Of a stretch of 64,000 bases of DNA, positions 22,145 to 35,174 are shown piece by piece; position 1 is the first letter of the stretch, and every line of letters starts with the position of its first letter. The stretch covers positions 131,194,001-131,258,000 of the forward strand of contig CM059431.1 in the NCBI GenBank assembly GCA_030390025.1, read 5' to 3'. The DNA comes from Squalus acanthias. Lineage: Eukaryota. A program made the translations under genes and the position numbers. Under the pieces are notes generated by a model. The model ran no database searches. It saw only the letters and a list, made by a program, of their open reading frames with translations, and was not told the DNA's origin.

Positions 22145-23315
22145 GTGGAGATTTTAATTTATACTGTTTACGGTGATTGATGTTAGTGCTGGGCAATGAA
22201 ACATGGGTGGGTTGGGGGTCGAGTGGGAGATTAAAGAGTTAAAAAAACGGAATCCCAACCTCAACTCGCCTCCAACCCGTCAATTCCGGCTTTGACGGAG
22301 GCGGGATGGGGGCGGGCAGCCAACCTGCTCCCAGGAGGTGGGTTGCCCATTTAAGTATTATAATGAGACTGGCCTTCCTCATGGTGATCCACCATTCCAT
22401 GTGTAACTCTGGCTGGTTGGGTTTCCAAAGCCTCAAGGAACCCGCCAGCTAAAGGGAGGCGACGACTGCTGGATCCAGGAGGTAAGAGCCTTTCCACTTA
22501 CCTGCTCGATCCAGTGTCTCTCCCTCACCAACCACCCTACGATCAGACACCCCCCCCCAACCCTTCCAATCTCCCACTGACCTGCCCCCCCCCCAAACTA
22601 GGCCTCCGATCTCCCCTCGACATTTCCCCCGCCCCTCCCCCCCGAGGTTCCGATCCACCCTCTGGCCTCTGACCTCCCCCCTTCGGCCCCCGATCGCCTT
22701 CCCAGCCCCAATGCTCCTCTAGTCACCAACCAATCCCCCCCATTAACCACCCCCCGATGCTCCTCAGGCCCTCAACCATGGCCCGCCCCGATGCTCCTCC
22801 GGCTCTGATCCTCCTCCAGCCCCCAACCAACCGCCCCAGTGCTGCTCCAGCCCCCAACCACCTCCTGCCCCAATGGTTCTCCGGCCCCGATCCTCCTCCA
22901 GCCCCCGACCGCACCCCTACTCCCCCGATCATCCTCCGGCCCCGATGCACCCCTCCTACCCCGATCATCCTCTGGCCCCGAATTACCCCCCCCCGCCAAT
23001 CCCTCCCTCCTCTTTGTGGCCTAGTACCGCAGGCCTACCCACCCGGCAGCCAGCCAGCCTCTCCATTAAGGTCATCAACCTGAAACGTTTACTCTGTTTC
23101 TCTCCCCACATGCGCTGCATGACCCGCTGAGTATTTCCAGCACTTTCTTTTCTTATTTCAGCCTCTCCATTTGGCTGACTGCAGGTGCGAAACAGAGCTT
23201 TGTAATGTTAATCAGGCCGTGTTGTTAAATTCGGCAGGAAATCCGTTCTCCCAGGTTTCCCGACCGCTTTCTAGCACACCTGCTCCCAACCCATCTCCAG
23301 TTTAAAATTCCAGCC
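22145..23315. mobile_element. Harbinger-type MITE with a C-rich minisatellite interior
   Basis: Right TIR TTAAAATTCCAGCC; left part related to 1262-1484; C-rich CCCGATC repeats at 22520-23010. Confidence 0.7.
23068..23161 (+). mobile_element. Penelope-like element terminal fragment
   Basis: AAGGTCATCAACCTGAAACGTTTACTCTGTTTCTCTC...CTGAGTATTTCCAGCA, homologous to 38302-38398 and 52432-52535. Confidence 0.7.
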
Positions 23316-23359
23316 ATTATTTCCACTTTTGGCACCTGATTTGTGTTGAATTGCACTAT

Positions 23360-23748
23360 GAAAGGAAAGAAAGACTTGCATGACCACCGGACGTCCCAAA
23401 CGCTTTACGGCCAATGAAGTACTTTTGAAGTGGAGTCACCGTTGTAATGTAGGAAAGGCGGCAACCAATTTGTGCACAGCAAGCTCCCACAAACAACAAT
23501 GTGATAATGACCAGAGAATCTGTTTTAGTAATGTTGGTTGAGGGATAAATATTGGCCAGGACCCCGGGGATAACTCCCCTGCTCTTCTTCAAAATAGTAC
23601 CATGGGATCTTTTACATCCACCTGAGAGAGCAGACAGGGCCTCAGTTTAACGTCTCATCTGAAAGATGGCACCTCCGACAGTGCAGCACTCCCACTGGAG
23701 TGTCAGCCTAGACTTTTGTGCTCGAGTATCGGGAGTGGGACTTGAACC
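23360..23748 (-). mobile_element. Deu-domain SINE with tRNA-derived B-box remnant
   Basis: Reverse complement of 21642-22013; head retains GGTTCAAGTCC. Confidence 0.85.
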
Positions 23749-24141
23749 TTATGAACTGGGCTTAACCTTAAATTACAGAAATGAAAGGACACCATGTTAA
23801 CCCAAGGTGATACTAACTCCCTGGATAATGAAGTATAATTAAAACAAATTTGAAGCAATATAAAACAATAACAGCAATGTCGTTACTCCAATGAAAACAC
23901 CAACAGGATCTGGACATAGTTAATTTCTCAATAAGTTGTATGCTTTAATCAGATCTTTCATAATATGGGTCAGAGTGAAGATGGTACAGATTGTACCGAA
24001 TTCTGTTGGACTCATTACTTCCTCTATACACCTCTGTATCAAATTTCTGTCATGTTAATGTAATTTAAAAAATGACTATTTTATGCGTTGAATTGGTCAA
24101 GACTGTTTGTATACATGCTAATAGAAATTATAACATCCATT

Positions 24142-24885
24142 GGCCCAAAAATTCGTGAGGAAGCCTTTGTGCGAGGGTAAGGCCTCCCCGCGATCTCTCA
24201 CTCCGCGTTGGCTTTTTCAGTTCCAGCTCGCACGAACTTGATGTTCTGGACAGCTGCTGTGCTGGGCTTGCGTATCCCACCGGCGTAGTTAATTCGTGCG
24301 AGCTGTGGGATCACGTGACTCAGTTAGAGCCAATGGCAGCACACCATCTTCCATTCATAACTTTCACATAAGTGCTGTGAAAGTTATGAATACTATAGCC
24401 CCCCAAAAGAACCGCTAAACCTGAATTAAATTTTTTTTAAAAACCATCACATTAATAAAATAAGTATAGTTAAATAAATTAACCATTTTAAATAAAAAAT
24501 AAAATTTTTGAAAAAATTTAAAATCTTTTAAAAAGTTATAAAAATAAACTTACCTGTCTTTGAAGTCTCTAAAAAAGATATACCTGTTAAAAAAAATTCA
24601 AAATAATACTTAATTCACTACTTACCTTGTTAAAAGTGGGTCTTACTCCTCCTTTTTTTATGTGTAGAATCTTCCGTACTTACCTGCGCGTTGAAACCAC
24701 TAAGTGCACAGCGTGCGCGCAGCCTGTAGCGCGCACGCAGTTCACCTAGGACCCGCCCCCTTTTCCATTCACCAAGTGCCGGTTTTCAGCGCATGCGCAG
24801 TGCATGCAGAAAACCGGCAATTGGAGACAGAATACGCGAGAGTACACAGTGCGTACTCTCGCGTAGCGGCACTAATTTTTGGGCC
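24142..24885. mobile_element. Harbinger-type MITE (744 bp)
   Basis: TIRs GGCCCAAAAATT / AATTTTTGGGCC, 3-bp TSD ATT. Confidence 0.88.
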
Positions 24886-25478
24886 ATTATATATTAGCAC
24901 GTCAATTTTTAAATTCCAAATCTTCCCTCTTGAAAACATCACTTGCTTTTGACCTTACAAGGCAGAACTTCAGGTATAGATTCCCTTATACCACATCTGT
25001 ATGTTTCCATTAAAAATAGTGCAGTTTTAAAATGATCTACAAAACCAGTGCAGGAAAAGATTTTCACAATACTTGCAAAACATTTGCTGACTCTAAGCAA
25101 TGCCTGCACCTTCACCACACTAAAGCGGTTGAAAGCTTTTCTTCCCACAGTATGCAATCAAAAGCTATTTTTACAAGGCTTTCCTGGTGGCATGGAGCCT
25201 CTCTAAGGGTGACACAATTTGTAAAATCGGGCTTGTAGGTTATCGTTGTACTTGGCGGCCAGGAAAAAAGGCCAACATTTTGATGCTGAGCTATTGGCCA
25301 GCACAAGCCTCATTAAGGCTCAAAAAAATTATTATTTCCCCTCACTGGATCTTACAACTTTCTCGCCACTTTGTTGCCTACAGCACTGCTCTCCTATTAG
25401 AAACTGATGCTGCATTAGCTGGATGGTCAGGCTGTAGGAGTCAGGTTTTTTTAAGGAAATATTCATTTTAAATAATTA

Positions 25479-26199
25479 GGGGGAAAAATTTGGTTGATTT
25501 GCGCCTCCCGTTAGCACCCAACTAGCGCCCGGGCGTGGTGCCACCAATGCCTCCCACGAAATTCAGCGGGAGGTTAGCGGCGGCACTAACCATTAACACC
25601 CCGCAGTGCTGCGCCGCTGGTGATGACGTCATCGCCGTACGCAGCACCCCGTTCGCGATCTTCAGTAGCGCTCCCTGACTTACCGCAGGACGCTATGTCC
25701 GACGGGGTCAGGAGGTCCTACCTGTGTCCGCGGCGGTGCTATTTGAAGGCGAGGTGCTGGGCGGCCATTTTTGTTGCTGGCCGCCTGCCAGCACCTGCCT
25801 CCACTCCCGTCCCCGGCCTCCTGACACGCCCCCTGTGGAGTGCTGGCTGCACTCCGTGAGCCCGGCACTTCTCTTGAGTGCCGGGCTCTTTTGCTGGCAC
25901 TCCAATCCCCGGTGGCCCAGCTCGGGCCCCAGGTCACGCAGCGCTAGGCCCCTCCCCTTTAAGAAGGGGAGGAAGGTCTGCAATACCGCGGCGCGATGTG
26001 CTGCAGCGGCATGTTGCGCCGCGATATTCCCTCAAAACGCCCCAAGAGGGAGGAGGGGCACTTCCAGTAGCGTCCCGCTTCCCTCTTGGGGCGCTACCAC
26101 TCAATTTTGGCTGCAGGGGTGCTAATTTTTCCAGGGTGCTAAATGTAGTGCCCCGGCGAAGTTAGCACCCCAAATGAGGTGCAACACAATTTCTCCTCC
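25479..26199. mobile_element. Harbinger MITE (721 bp)
   Basis: TIRs GGGGGAAAAATT / AATTTCTCCTCC, canonical TTA TSD (25476-78, 26200-02). Confidence 0.9.
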
Positions 26200-26534
26200 T
26201 TAATTTATAAGTTTGTTTGTTTTTGTTTTATTATATTGCTTTATCTGCATTTCTATTGGTGCATATATTTTTCTTGTTGTTTAGGTCTGATTTTTTTGCA
26301 TTCCAAAAATTTATTTCCAGCACCTTTTCTGACATCCATCTTACATCCAGCTGTTATTTTGCTTGTAGCAAAAAGAGTAGACAGGATGGGAATACCTTTG
26401 GGAGTTCTAACAGCATTCCTAGATTTGGAGGAAGACTCTTGCAGGGACAGGGAAGACAGGTGTGAGTGCACCTCACATGTTATGTACTCACATATCTTTA
26501 TCTCAGGTGTTACATTTTAATAGCTGACACTGCA

Positions 26535-29500
26535 CAGAAACAGACCTTATGAAAGTCACAAATGACATCCTACGTGACTGTGACGGTGGTAAACTATCTC
26601 TCATCGTCCTTTTTGACTTGTCTGCAGTCTTTGACATGGTTGACCACACCATCTCCCTCCGATACCTCTACTCCATTGTCCAGCTGGGTGGGACTGCCCT
26701 CGCCTGGTTCCATTCCTATCTATCCCATAGTAGCCAGAGAATCACCTGCAATGGCTTCTCTTTTAGAATCATAGAATGGTTACAGCACAGAAGGAGGCCA
26801 TTCGGCCCATTGAGCCCGTGCCGGCTCTCTGCAAGAGCACTTCAGCTAGTCCCACTCCCCGCCCTTTCCCTGTAGCCCTGCAATTTTTTTTCCTTCAGGT
26901 ACTTATGCAATTCCCTTTTGAAAGCCACGATTGAATCTGCCTCCACCACCCTTTCAGGAAGTGCATTCCAGATCCTAACCACTCGCTGCATAAAAAAGTT
27001 TTTCCTGATGTCGCCTTTGGTTCTTTTGCCAATCAACTTAAATCTGTGTCCTCTGGGTCTCGACCCTTCCGCCAATGGGAACAGTTTCTCTCTATCTACT
27101 CTATCTAGACCCCTCATGATTTTGAATACTTCTATCAACTCTCCTCTCAACCTTCTCTGCTCTAAGGAGAACAGTCTATCCATGTAACTGAAGTCCCTCA
27201 TCACTGGAATCATTCTCGTAAATCTTTTCTGCATCCTCTCTAAGGCCTTCACATCCTTCCTAAAGTGCAGTGCCCAGAATTGGACACAATACTCAAGTTG
27301 AGGCCGAGCCAGTGTTTTATAAAGGTTCATCATAACTTCCTTGCTTTTGTACTCTATGCCTGTATTTATGAAGCCCAGGATCCCTTATGCTTTTTTAACT
27401 GCTTTCTCAACCTGCCCTGCCACCTTCAACGATTTGTGCACATATGCCCCCAGGTCTCTCTGTTCATGCACCCCCTTTAGGATTGTACACTTTAGTTTAT
27501 ATTGCCTCTCCTCATTCTTCCTACCAAAATGTATCACTTCACACTTTTCTACGTTAAATTTCAACTACCACGTGTCCACCCATTTCACCAGCCTGTCTAT
27601 GTCATCTTGAAGTCTATCACTATCGTCCTCACTGTTCACTATACTTCCAAGTGTTGTGTCATCTGCAAATTTTGAAATTGTGCCCTGTGCTCCCAAGTCC
27701 AAGTCATTAATATATATCAAGAAAAGCAGTGGTCCTAGTTCCGACCCCCAGGGAACACCACTTCCTCCAGTCCAAAAAACAACCGTTCACCACTACTCTC
27801 TGTTTCCTGTCACTTAGCCAATTTCGTATCCATACTCTCCCTTTTGTTCCATGGGCTCCAACTTTGCTGGTAAGCCTATTATGTGGTACTTTCTCAAATG
27901 CCTTTTGGAAGTCCATATACACCATGTCAACCGCATTGCCTTCATCAACCCTCTCTATTACCTCATCAAAAAACTCGATCAAGTTAGTTAAACATGATTT
28001 GCCTTTAACAAATCCGTGCTGGCTTTCCTTAATTAATCCACACTTGTCCAAGTGACTGTTAAATTTGTCTCTGATTATTTTTTCTAAAAACTTCCCCACT
28101 ACCGAGGTTAAACTGACTGGCCTGTAGTTGCTGAGTTTATCTTTACACCGTTTTTTGATAAATGGTGTAACATTTGCAATTCTCCAGTCCTCTTGCACCA
28201 CCCTGTATCTAAGGAGGATTGGAAGATTATGGCCAGTACCTCCGCGATTTCCTCCTTAACTTCCCTTAGCATCCTAGGATGCATCCCATCTGCTCCTGGT
28301 GACTTATCAACTTTAAGTTCAGACAGCCTTTCTAGTACCTCCTCTTTATCAATTTTTATCTCATCCAGTAACTCCACTACCTCCTCTTTCACTATGACTT
28401 TGGCAGCATCTTCTTCCTTGGTGAAGACAGATGCGAAGTACTCATTTAGTACCTCAGCCATGCCCTCTGCCTCCATGCGTAGGTCTCCTTTTTGGTCCCT
28501 AATCTGCCCCACCCCTCCTCTTACTACCAGTTTATTATTTATATGTCTATAGAAGACTTTTGAATTCCCTTTTGTGTTAGCTGCCAATCGATTCTCATAC
28601 TCTCTCTTTTCCCCTCGTATTTTCTTTTTCACTTCCCCTCTGTACTTTCTATATTCAGCCTAGTTCTCACTTGTATTCTCAACCTGACATCTGTCATATG
28701 TGCTCTTTGTCTGCTTCATCTTACTCCCGCTCCCGCACCTTTTCCTCTGGAGTCCCCAAAGGATCTATCCTTGGTTCCCTCCTATTTCTCATCTACATAT
28801 CTACATGCTGCCACTCAACGATATCACGCGAAAACACAACATTACGTTCCACATGTACGCTGACAACTCCCAGGTCTACCTCACCACAACATCCCTCGAC
28901 CCCTCCACTGTCTCTGATTTGTCACGCTGCTTGACCGACATCCAGCACTGAATGAGCAGAAGTTTCCCCCAATTAAATATTGGGAAGATCGACAGCATTA
29001 TTTCGGTTCCCACCACAAACTCCATTCCCTAGCCATCAACTTCATCCCTCCCCCTCGCCACTGTCTGAGGCTGAACCAGACTGTTTGCAACCCTGACCTA
29101 TTTGACCTTGAAATGAGCTTCCGACTCCATATCCGCTCCATCACAAAGACTGTCTATTTCCACCTCCGTAATATCGCCCATCTATTTCAATGCTCTCCTA
29201 GTCGGCCTCCCACCTAGCACCCTCCGTAAACCTGAGCTCATCTAAAACTCTGCTGCCCATATCTTAACTCACACCAAGTCCCATTCACCCATCACCCCTG
29301 TGTTTGCTGACCTACATTGACTCCTGGTTTGGCAACACCTGAATTAAAATTCCCTTCTTTATTTTCAAATCCCTCCATGGCCTTTCCCTTCCCTATCTCT
29401 GTAATCTCCTCCAGCCCTACAACCCTCTGGATTCTCTGCACTCCTCCAATTTTGGCCTCTTGCGCATCCCTTTTTTCTTCACTCCACTATTGGCAGCCGT

Positions 29501-29735
29501 GCCTTCAGCTGCCTAGGTCCTAATCTCTGGAATCCCCTCCATGAACCGCTCTACCTCTCTCGTATTCTTTAAGACGCTCCTTAAAACCTACTTCTATGAC
29601 CGAGCTTATGGGCACCTGTCCCAATATCTCCTTATGTGGCTCAGTGTCAAATTTTGTTTGATAGCGCGCCTGTGAAGCACCTTGGGAAGTTTTATTACCT
29701 TAAAGGCGCTGTATAAATGCAAGTTGTTATTGTTG
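26535..29735 (+). mobile_element. L2-type LINE RT and 3' end, split by CR1 at 26763-28722
   Basis: KVTNDIL...LFDLSAVFDMVDH, GVPKGSILG, HMYADNSQVY; tail GGCGCTGTATAAATGCAAGTTG. Confidence 0.85.
26763..28722 (-). mobile_element. CR1 LINE (RT and 3' end)
   Basis: [45 protein letters not shown] and [13 protein letters not shown]; tail TAGAATCATAGAAT. Confidence 0.92.
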
Positions 29736-29759
29736 TCAGGAGAGGCTGATCTTCAGTGA

Positions 29760-30140
29760 CTCCTTTCTACAAAGACATTGCCACATAATTATGCCATCTC
29801 TTAGAGGCTGACCTGCAGACAACTTCTAACACACTTTGGGCATGCATTTATCTTTTATGCCACTGGATCCTTCTAAGCCATTAGCACTGACATATGCCAA
29901 ATCAATCAGTCGGCTGTCCGTAGAGGTATTAAGCAACTGACAGATGTCTTTTCCTAGATAGTAGGGTTTCGAAATGTGCAAAATATCCTAGATGGCACCC
30001 ATGTGTTGAGCCTGGCCACTATCTCCTGACAAGCAAAATGCACCTGGAAAAGTGCCAATTACAACAACTCTCGTTGTACTCACAGAAGCAGTTCCACTGT
30101 GGCAGTTATCAAACTGTGATTTAGGTGCTGTCACTTGATC
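29760..30140 (+). pseudogene. Highly degenerate Harbinger transposase remnant
   Basis: LCHLLEADLQ, FYATGSF, DICQINQSAV, GF.NVQ..LDGTHV and FRC-like fragments. Confidence 0.55.
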
Positions 30141-30650
30141 ACTTACTCCCTTTCATGCTTCCACATTGGGGCCTAGAAATTTGGGAGTTTAGCGCCGGCT
30201 GTTAAGGCCCGTTTTGAAGAGAAAATGGTGGCCGACTCGCTTCCGGCGGGTCACGTGGCGGCCATCATTTTCGGCAGGTTGGCAACACTGCCATTGCCTG
30301 CGCTCGCTGCAGAAATGGAAATGAGGCAGATCACGACGTCAATGAATGTGCAACACTGATTTGCAGCACGATCAGCTACTTGGGACATCGCCGCTCCACT
30401 TACCGCCCTCTCTTAAGCATGACCAGCTGACCAAGCGTCCAGCAGCAGGAAGGAACGCTATTTAAAGGAATCATCATCAACAACTTGCAGCTGACATGCT
30501 TTTTCAGTTCTACTGGCTCTGTCTAACTTCTGCAACTCTTGGAGCTTTCTAAACTTGTTTAAAGTTACTGAGGTGACAGGGAGTGTTGCTTCAAGTGGAG
30601 AATGCCTTGGTTCTCATATAGAGGCTTCTGCTCACCACTTGCTCACAGTC

Positions 30651-32592
30651 ATGGGGGCTGCACTGGCAGTCCCTCTCGTGCTTGAGTATCTTCGGGAGAG
30701 GGAGCAGAGGCAGTGAAGAGAAGAAGAAGCTTGCAGAGGGAGGAGGAGGGGGGCCAGGAGGGCTCTCAGCAGGAAGCCTTATCCACCTAGGGTCTTCCGA
30801 GTGTAAGAAACAGCTGTTAGATTCAAAGATGGGTTTTAATTCTTAGAACAGAGACTGACAACATGCAGCCAGGGAACAGATAGCAGAAATGCCAGCAAGG
30901 TCGAATATCAAGCATCAAAAGACAAATAGAAGTGATAAGGGAATCGTAAAATGTAAAACAACACAGGGTGGGGGATAAAAGACAAAAATGGAGCTGAAAA
31001 GTCATAAAATGTGCTTAAACAAACATAACAAAACATTCCTCAGAAAGATAAGAGGGAGGCCTTGTCAGTCATGCAGAAAGGGACGGCGAGGGATGCCTTC
31101 CCGTTTCACAATTGGACAATAGGATGGGGGATCAAATGATTGACACCAGGTGATTACCAGCCCACCGAAATAACTATAAATATAGACGACCGAGAGAGGA
31201 AATCAGGCAGTTCGGGGCGAAGGCTTCCCCGAGGTGGCTACGGCCTAACACCTTGGTCAAGTTTAGCCTCTGAGGTGGCTGACGGCCTAACACCTCCAAC
31301 AGCTCGAGAGATGACCCAACGGAAGTGACCGCTGCAGCAGACTGCAGGAATCCACCCAATCCGAGACCACCGTACTGCCTCCCCGTCCGTCCGGTCGTGG
31401 CATTCCGCTTCGGGAGTCGTAGATCGCTCCTACTGTCACGGGTTGTATATTTATTATACTCAGCTTAAACCATATGTAATACCTGATTATGCTTTAAAAC
31501 TGTAGCTCTTTAATAAAAGCCTTACAAATTCTAAAACCCTTTTGGGTAATCTGTGTGTGGCCTGCGATCCGAATCTTACAGAGAGCACTTCTCTTAGATC
31601 CACTTAAGCGAGGAGCAGTGTATTAGGAGACTTCGCTTCACCAAGGCAGTGGTCACAGAACTCTGATACCTCCTGCAACCAGACCTGCAGCCTCAGAGCA
31701 GGGTGACTACGGCTCTCCCAGTAGCCCTCAAGGCCACCGTGGCCCTCAATTTCTTCACCAGCGGATCCTTCCAGTCTGCAGCAGGAGACATAGCTAACAT
31801 CTCACAGTTCACTGTCCATCACTGCATCTGGGGGGGTCACTGAGGCTCTCTACACCAGAAGAAGGGACTTCATTGTCTTCTCTCTGAGCAGAGAGAAGCA
31901 GGACGAGCGCGCACGTGGCTTTGCCAGGATAGCAGACTTCCCCGTAGTGCAGGCCGCCATCGACTGCAAACACGTGGCTTTGCAGGCACCGCAAAACAAT
32001 CCTGAGATCTTCCGTAACCGCAAAGGCTACCACTCTTAATGTGCAGTTTGCGTGCGACCGCGCCCGCACATCCTAATGGTCAATGCCTGCTATCCTGGCA
32101 GCAGTCATGATGTCTTCATCCAGCGCCAGACCGGTGTGCCAGCAATCTTCCAGCCACCACGTCAAACCCAAGGGCAGCTGATCAGAGACAAGGGCTATCC
32201 GCTCTGCACCAGGCTGATGACTCCCCTCTGCAACTCCACCAGTCGTGCCCAGCACTTGAATAATGACAGCCATGCTGCCATCAGGAACGTCATCGAGCAG
32301 ACCATCGGCGTACTCAAGCATCGTTTCTGTTGCCTTGACCGCTCGGGAGGGGTCCTCCATTAGTCGCCGAAGCGGGTGTCCCATTTCGTGGTCGTCTGCT
32401 GCATGCTCCACAACTTGGCCATCATGAGAGCTGAGCCCTTGTCAACAGGGATTGTTGGATCACCTCAGGAGGAGGAGGAGGAGGAAGAGGAGGAAGAGAA
32501 GAGAGGAGGAAGAGGAGGTGGAGGGAGGGAGGAGGCAGGCAGCAAATCCCAGTTCCGGAGAGGCTATCCGTGAGTGCCTCATCAGACTCTGA
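30651..32592 (+). pseudogene. H3 Harbinger DDE transposase, split by a solo LTR at 30802-31580
   Basis: MGAAL..., YPPRVFR|EHFS, RRLRFTK, FFTSGSFQ, AIDCKHV, YPGSSHD, DKGYPL, RNVIEQTIGVLKHRF, VVCCMLHNLA, poly-E tail; several stops and frameshifts. Confidence 0.9.
30802..31580 (+). mobile_element. Solo LTR (779 bp)
   Basis: TGTAAGA...TCTTACA termini, TATAAA at 31175, AATAAA at 31512, apparent 3-bp TSD GAG. Confidence 0.85.
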
Positions 32593-32594
32593 TT

Positions 32595-33512
32595 CATAGA
32601 AGATAGGAGCAGGAGTAGGCCATTCGGCCCCTCAAGCCTGCTCCACCATTCAATGCGATCATGGCTGATCATCCAAATTCAGTACCCTGTCCCTGCCTTC
32701 TCCCCATATCCCTTGATCCCCTTAGCCTTAAGAAATATATCTAACTCCTTCTTGAATCTATTTAATGAATTGGACTCAACTGTCTTCTGTGGTAGATAAT
32801 TCCACAGGTTCACCACTCTCTGGGTGAAGAAATTCCTCCTCATCTCAGTCCTAAAAGGCTTACCCCATATCCTTAAACTGTGACCCCTGGTTCTGGACTC
32901 CCCCGCCATCGGGAACATCCTTCCTGCATCTAGTCTGTCTAGTCCTGTTAGAATTTTATAAGTTTCAATGAGATCCCCTCTCATTCTTCTAAACTCTAGC
33001 GAATACAAGCCCAATCGACCCAATCTCTCTTCATACGTCATTCCTGCCATCCCAGGTATCAGTCTGGTGAATCTTCGCTGCACTCCCTCCATGGCAAGAA
33101 CATCCTTCCTCAGATAAGGCGACCAAAACTGCACACAATACTCAAGGTGTGGTCTCACCAAAGCCCTATACAACTGCAGCAAGACCTCTTTGCTCCTGTA
33201 CTCGAATCCTCTCGCTATGAAGGCCAACATACCATTTGCCTTCTTAACCGCCTGCTGCACCTGCATGCTTACCTTCAGCGACTGGTGCACAAGGACACCC
33301 AGGTCTCGTTGCACTTCCCCTTTTCCCAATCTATTGCCGTTCAGATAATAATCTGCCTTCCTGTTTTTGCCACCAAAGTGGATAACCTCGCATTTATCCA
33401 CATTATACTGCATCTGCCATGCATCTGCCCAATAACCCAACCTGTCCAAATCATACTGGAGTTTCTCTGCATCCTCCTCACAGCACACACGCCCACCCAG
33501 CTTTGTGTTGTA
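32595..33512 (-). mobile_element. Young 5'-truncated CR1 insertion with an open 269-aa RT C-terminus
   Basis: ORF 32679-33488 has no stops; TSD CTGATT at 32589-32594 and 33513-33518. Confidence 0.92.
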
Positions 33513-35174
33513 CTGATTGAAACCCCAGATCCCCTTTTGCTCACCACCTCCCCACTATACCATCCCTCTGTCACAGAACATCACAGCATCCTCCTGGGCA
33601 CAAATCTGAAATGAGAGCCACCACAAAACACACATTCCAAACAAAATTCATAAATTTATCCAAATCCAATCAAAATGATAATCTCAACTATTCAACCTTG
33701 TGCATTCCCTTTGTGTCTGTCTTTCGTGTGCCTTTACCTACGCTGGTGCTCCTATACAGTGTTCCTCCAGTGTCTGCAGCATGGCTGGTGCAAGGCTGCT
33801 GAGTTTCCGTGGGGGAGACTACAGATGGCCTTGCAGGACGATCTCGACCAGCTGTGGACCTCAAAAGCCTGTTTGTAGACTGCACCACCTCGGCATGGGC
33901 GGCAGCAGTCTGGTCTGGCTGGCTGACAGGCAGCGGCAGGGGCAATGGCGGAGTGGCAGTGGTGGGAGTAGGAATGCTGTCATCCTGAGAGAGGACCGCA
34001 GGTTCTTGCTCCACTGACCCACTGCCACTCCCCCGGGGTGGCCCCTCAGCATTGCTAACCATCTGTTGGAGGACAGATTGCTGGCCTGCTGCGTCACCCT
34101 GCAAGCCCCTTTCGACACTCGTAAACCCAGCGACGATGGCAGCAGCCTGAGCTTGGGTGGCCGCAAGCTGAGCCTGCAGGAGAGCAGTCTGCGCTTCCAC
34201 TGCAGCAGTGAGACGTTGGGTCACTTCCGCCTGTGCTACAATGGAAGCTGCAAGATCCCCCATCACACCCAGCATTATCTGTGGGTCCACAAGGTCTCTC
34301 CTGGAGTTGTTCATCATTTCCATCCTGGAAATCATAGGATCCAAGCTCTGCACAAAACCCCATCCAATGTTGGAGCCGCACTCCTCCATGTTCCTTGACA
34401 CTGATGAAGAGGCTCTCGGGCAGGCTTCCCATTGCACCTAGCATTTTCGTGTACATGCCCATCACTCTTCTTCTGAAGGCTGCCCCATCGAGGTCATCAT
34501 CTGAGTCCTGTGGAGCGGAACTCGCACGCGAACTTGCCCTCCGGAGAGCTGGCACCTGAACTATCCCTTCTGCCTGGCCTGGCTGCAGCCCACTCATGCC
34601 CAGTGACTCACCATGTGCTGATCGCGCCTCTATACTACCCTCTAAAGTCCGCGCAGTGCCATTTTCTGAGCTGGTGTCTGCGAGTGTCAGATGCAGTGCG
34701 GGTGTCTCTTCTTCGTCTCCTCCGTCAGATTGCTGCTGATGATGAGGGACAGGCTGCGCTGGTGACACTTCTTGGGGATCTGAAAGCAGAAAGGCACAAG
34801 GATTGAGTTGTGGTGAGGGGAGGGGGTGGGAAGCAAGATATCCATGCATACACCATCAGCAGCTTGTAAGTCAGAAGAGATTGTGGGATGAGGAGGAAGT
34901 GGGATGTGAGAAGAAGGATTAGGTACAACCATACCATCAGCAATGGTTTCAACTTCTCCGCTGGCCACAGACTCTGTGACGGCCCCCCAAAGATTTCAAG
35001 GACGGATTCCTCAAGTTCAGTCAAGTTCTCAATTGTGGCTTGGCCACCTCCCGCCTGTTGCTGCTCTCTCGTGTTATGTGCCACCTTGGCCTGGAAGAGA
35101 AAGGGAAGTGTGTCAGTGAGTGTAGTGCAATGTGTTTGGGTGATGTGCCTGCCATGGTGGAATAGCTGTCACAA

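Noticed and set aside
22723..23130. Pro-rich and Gly-rich ORFs
   Set aside because: By-product of the C-rich minisatellite, which lacks stop codons.
25151..25471. Acceptor followed by a ~106-codon open frame as a terminal exon
   Set aside because: Peptide is unrecognisable and no upstream exon is supported.
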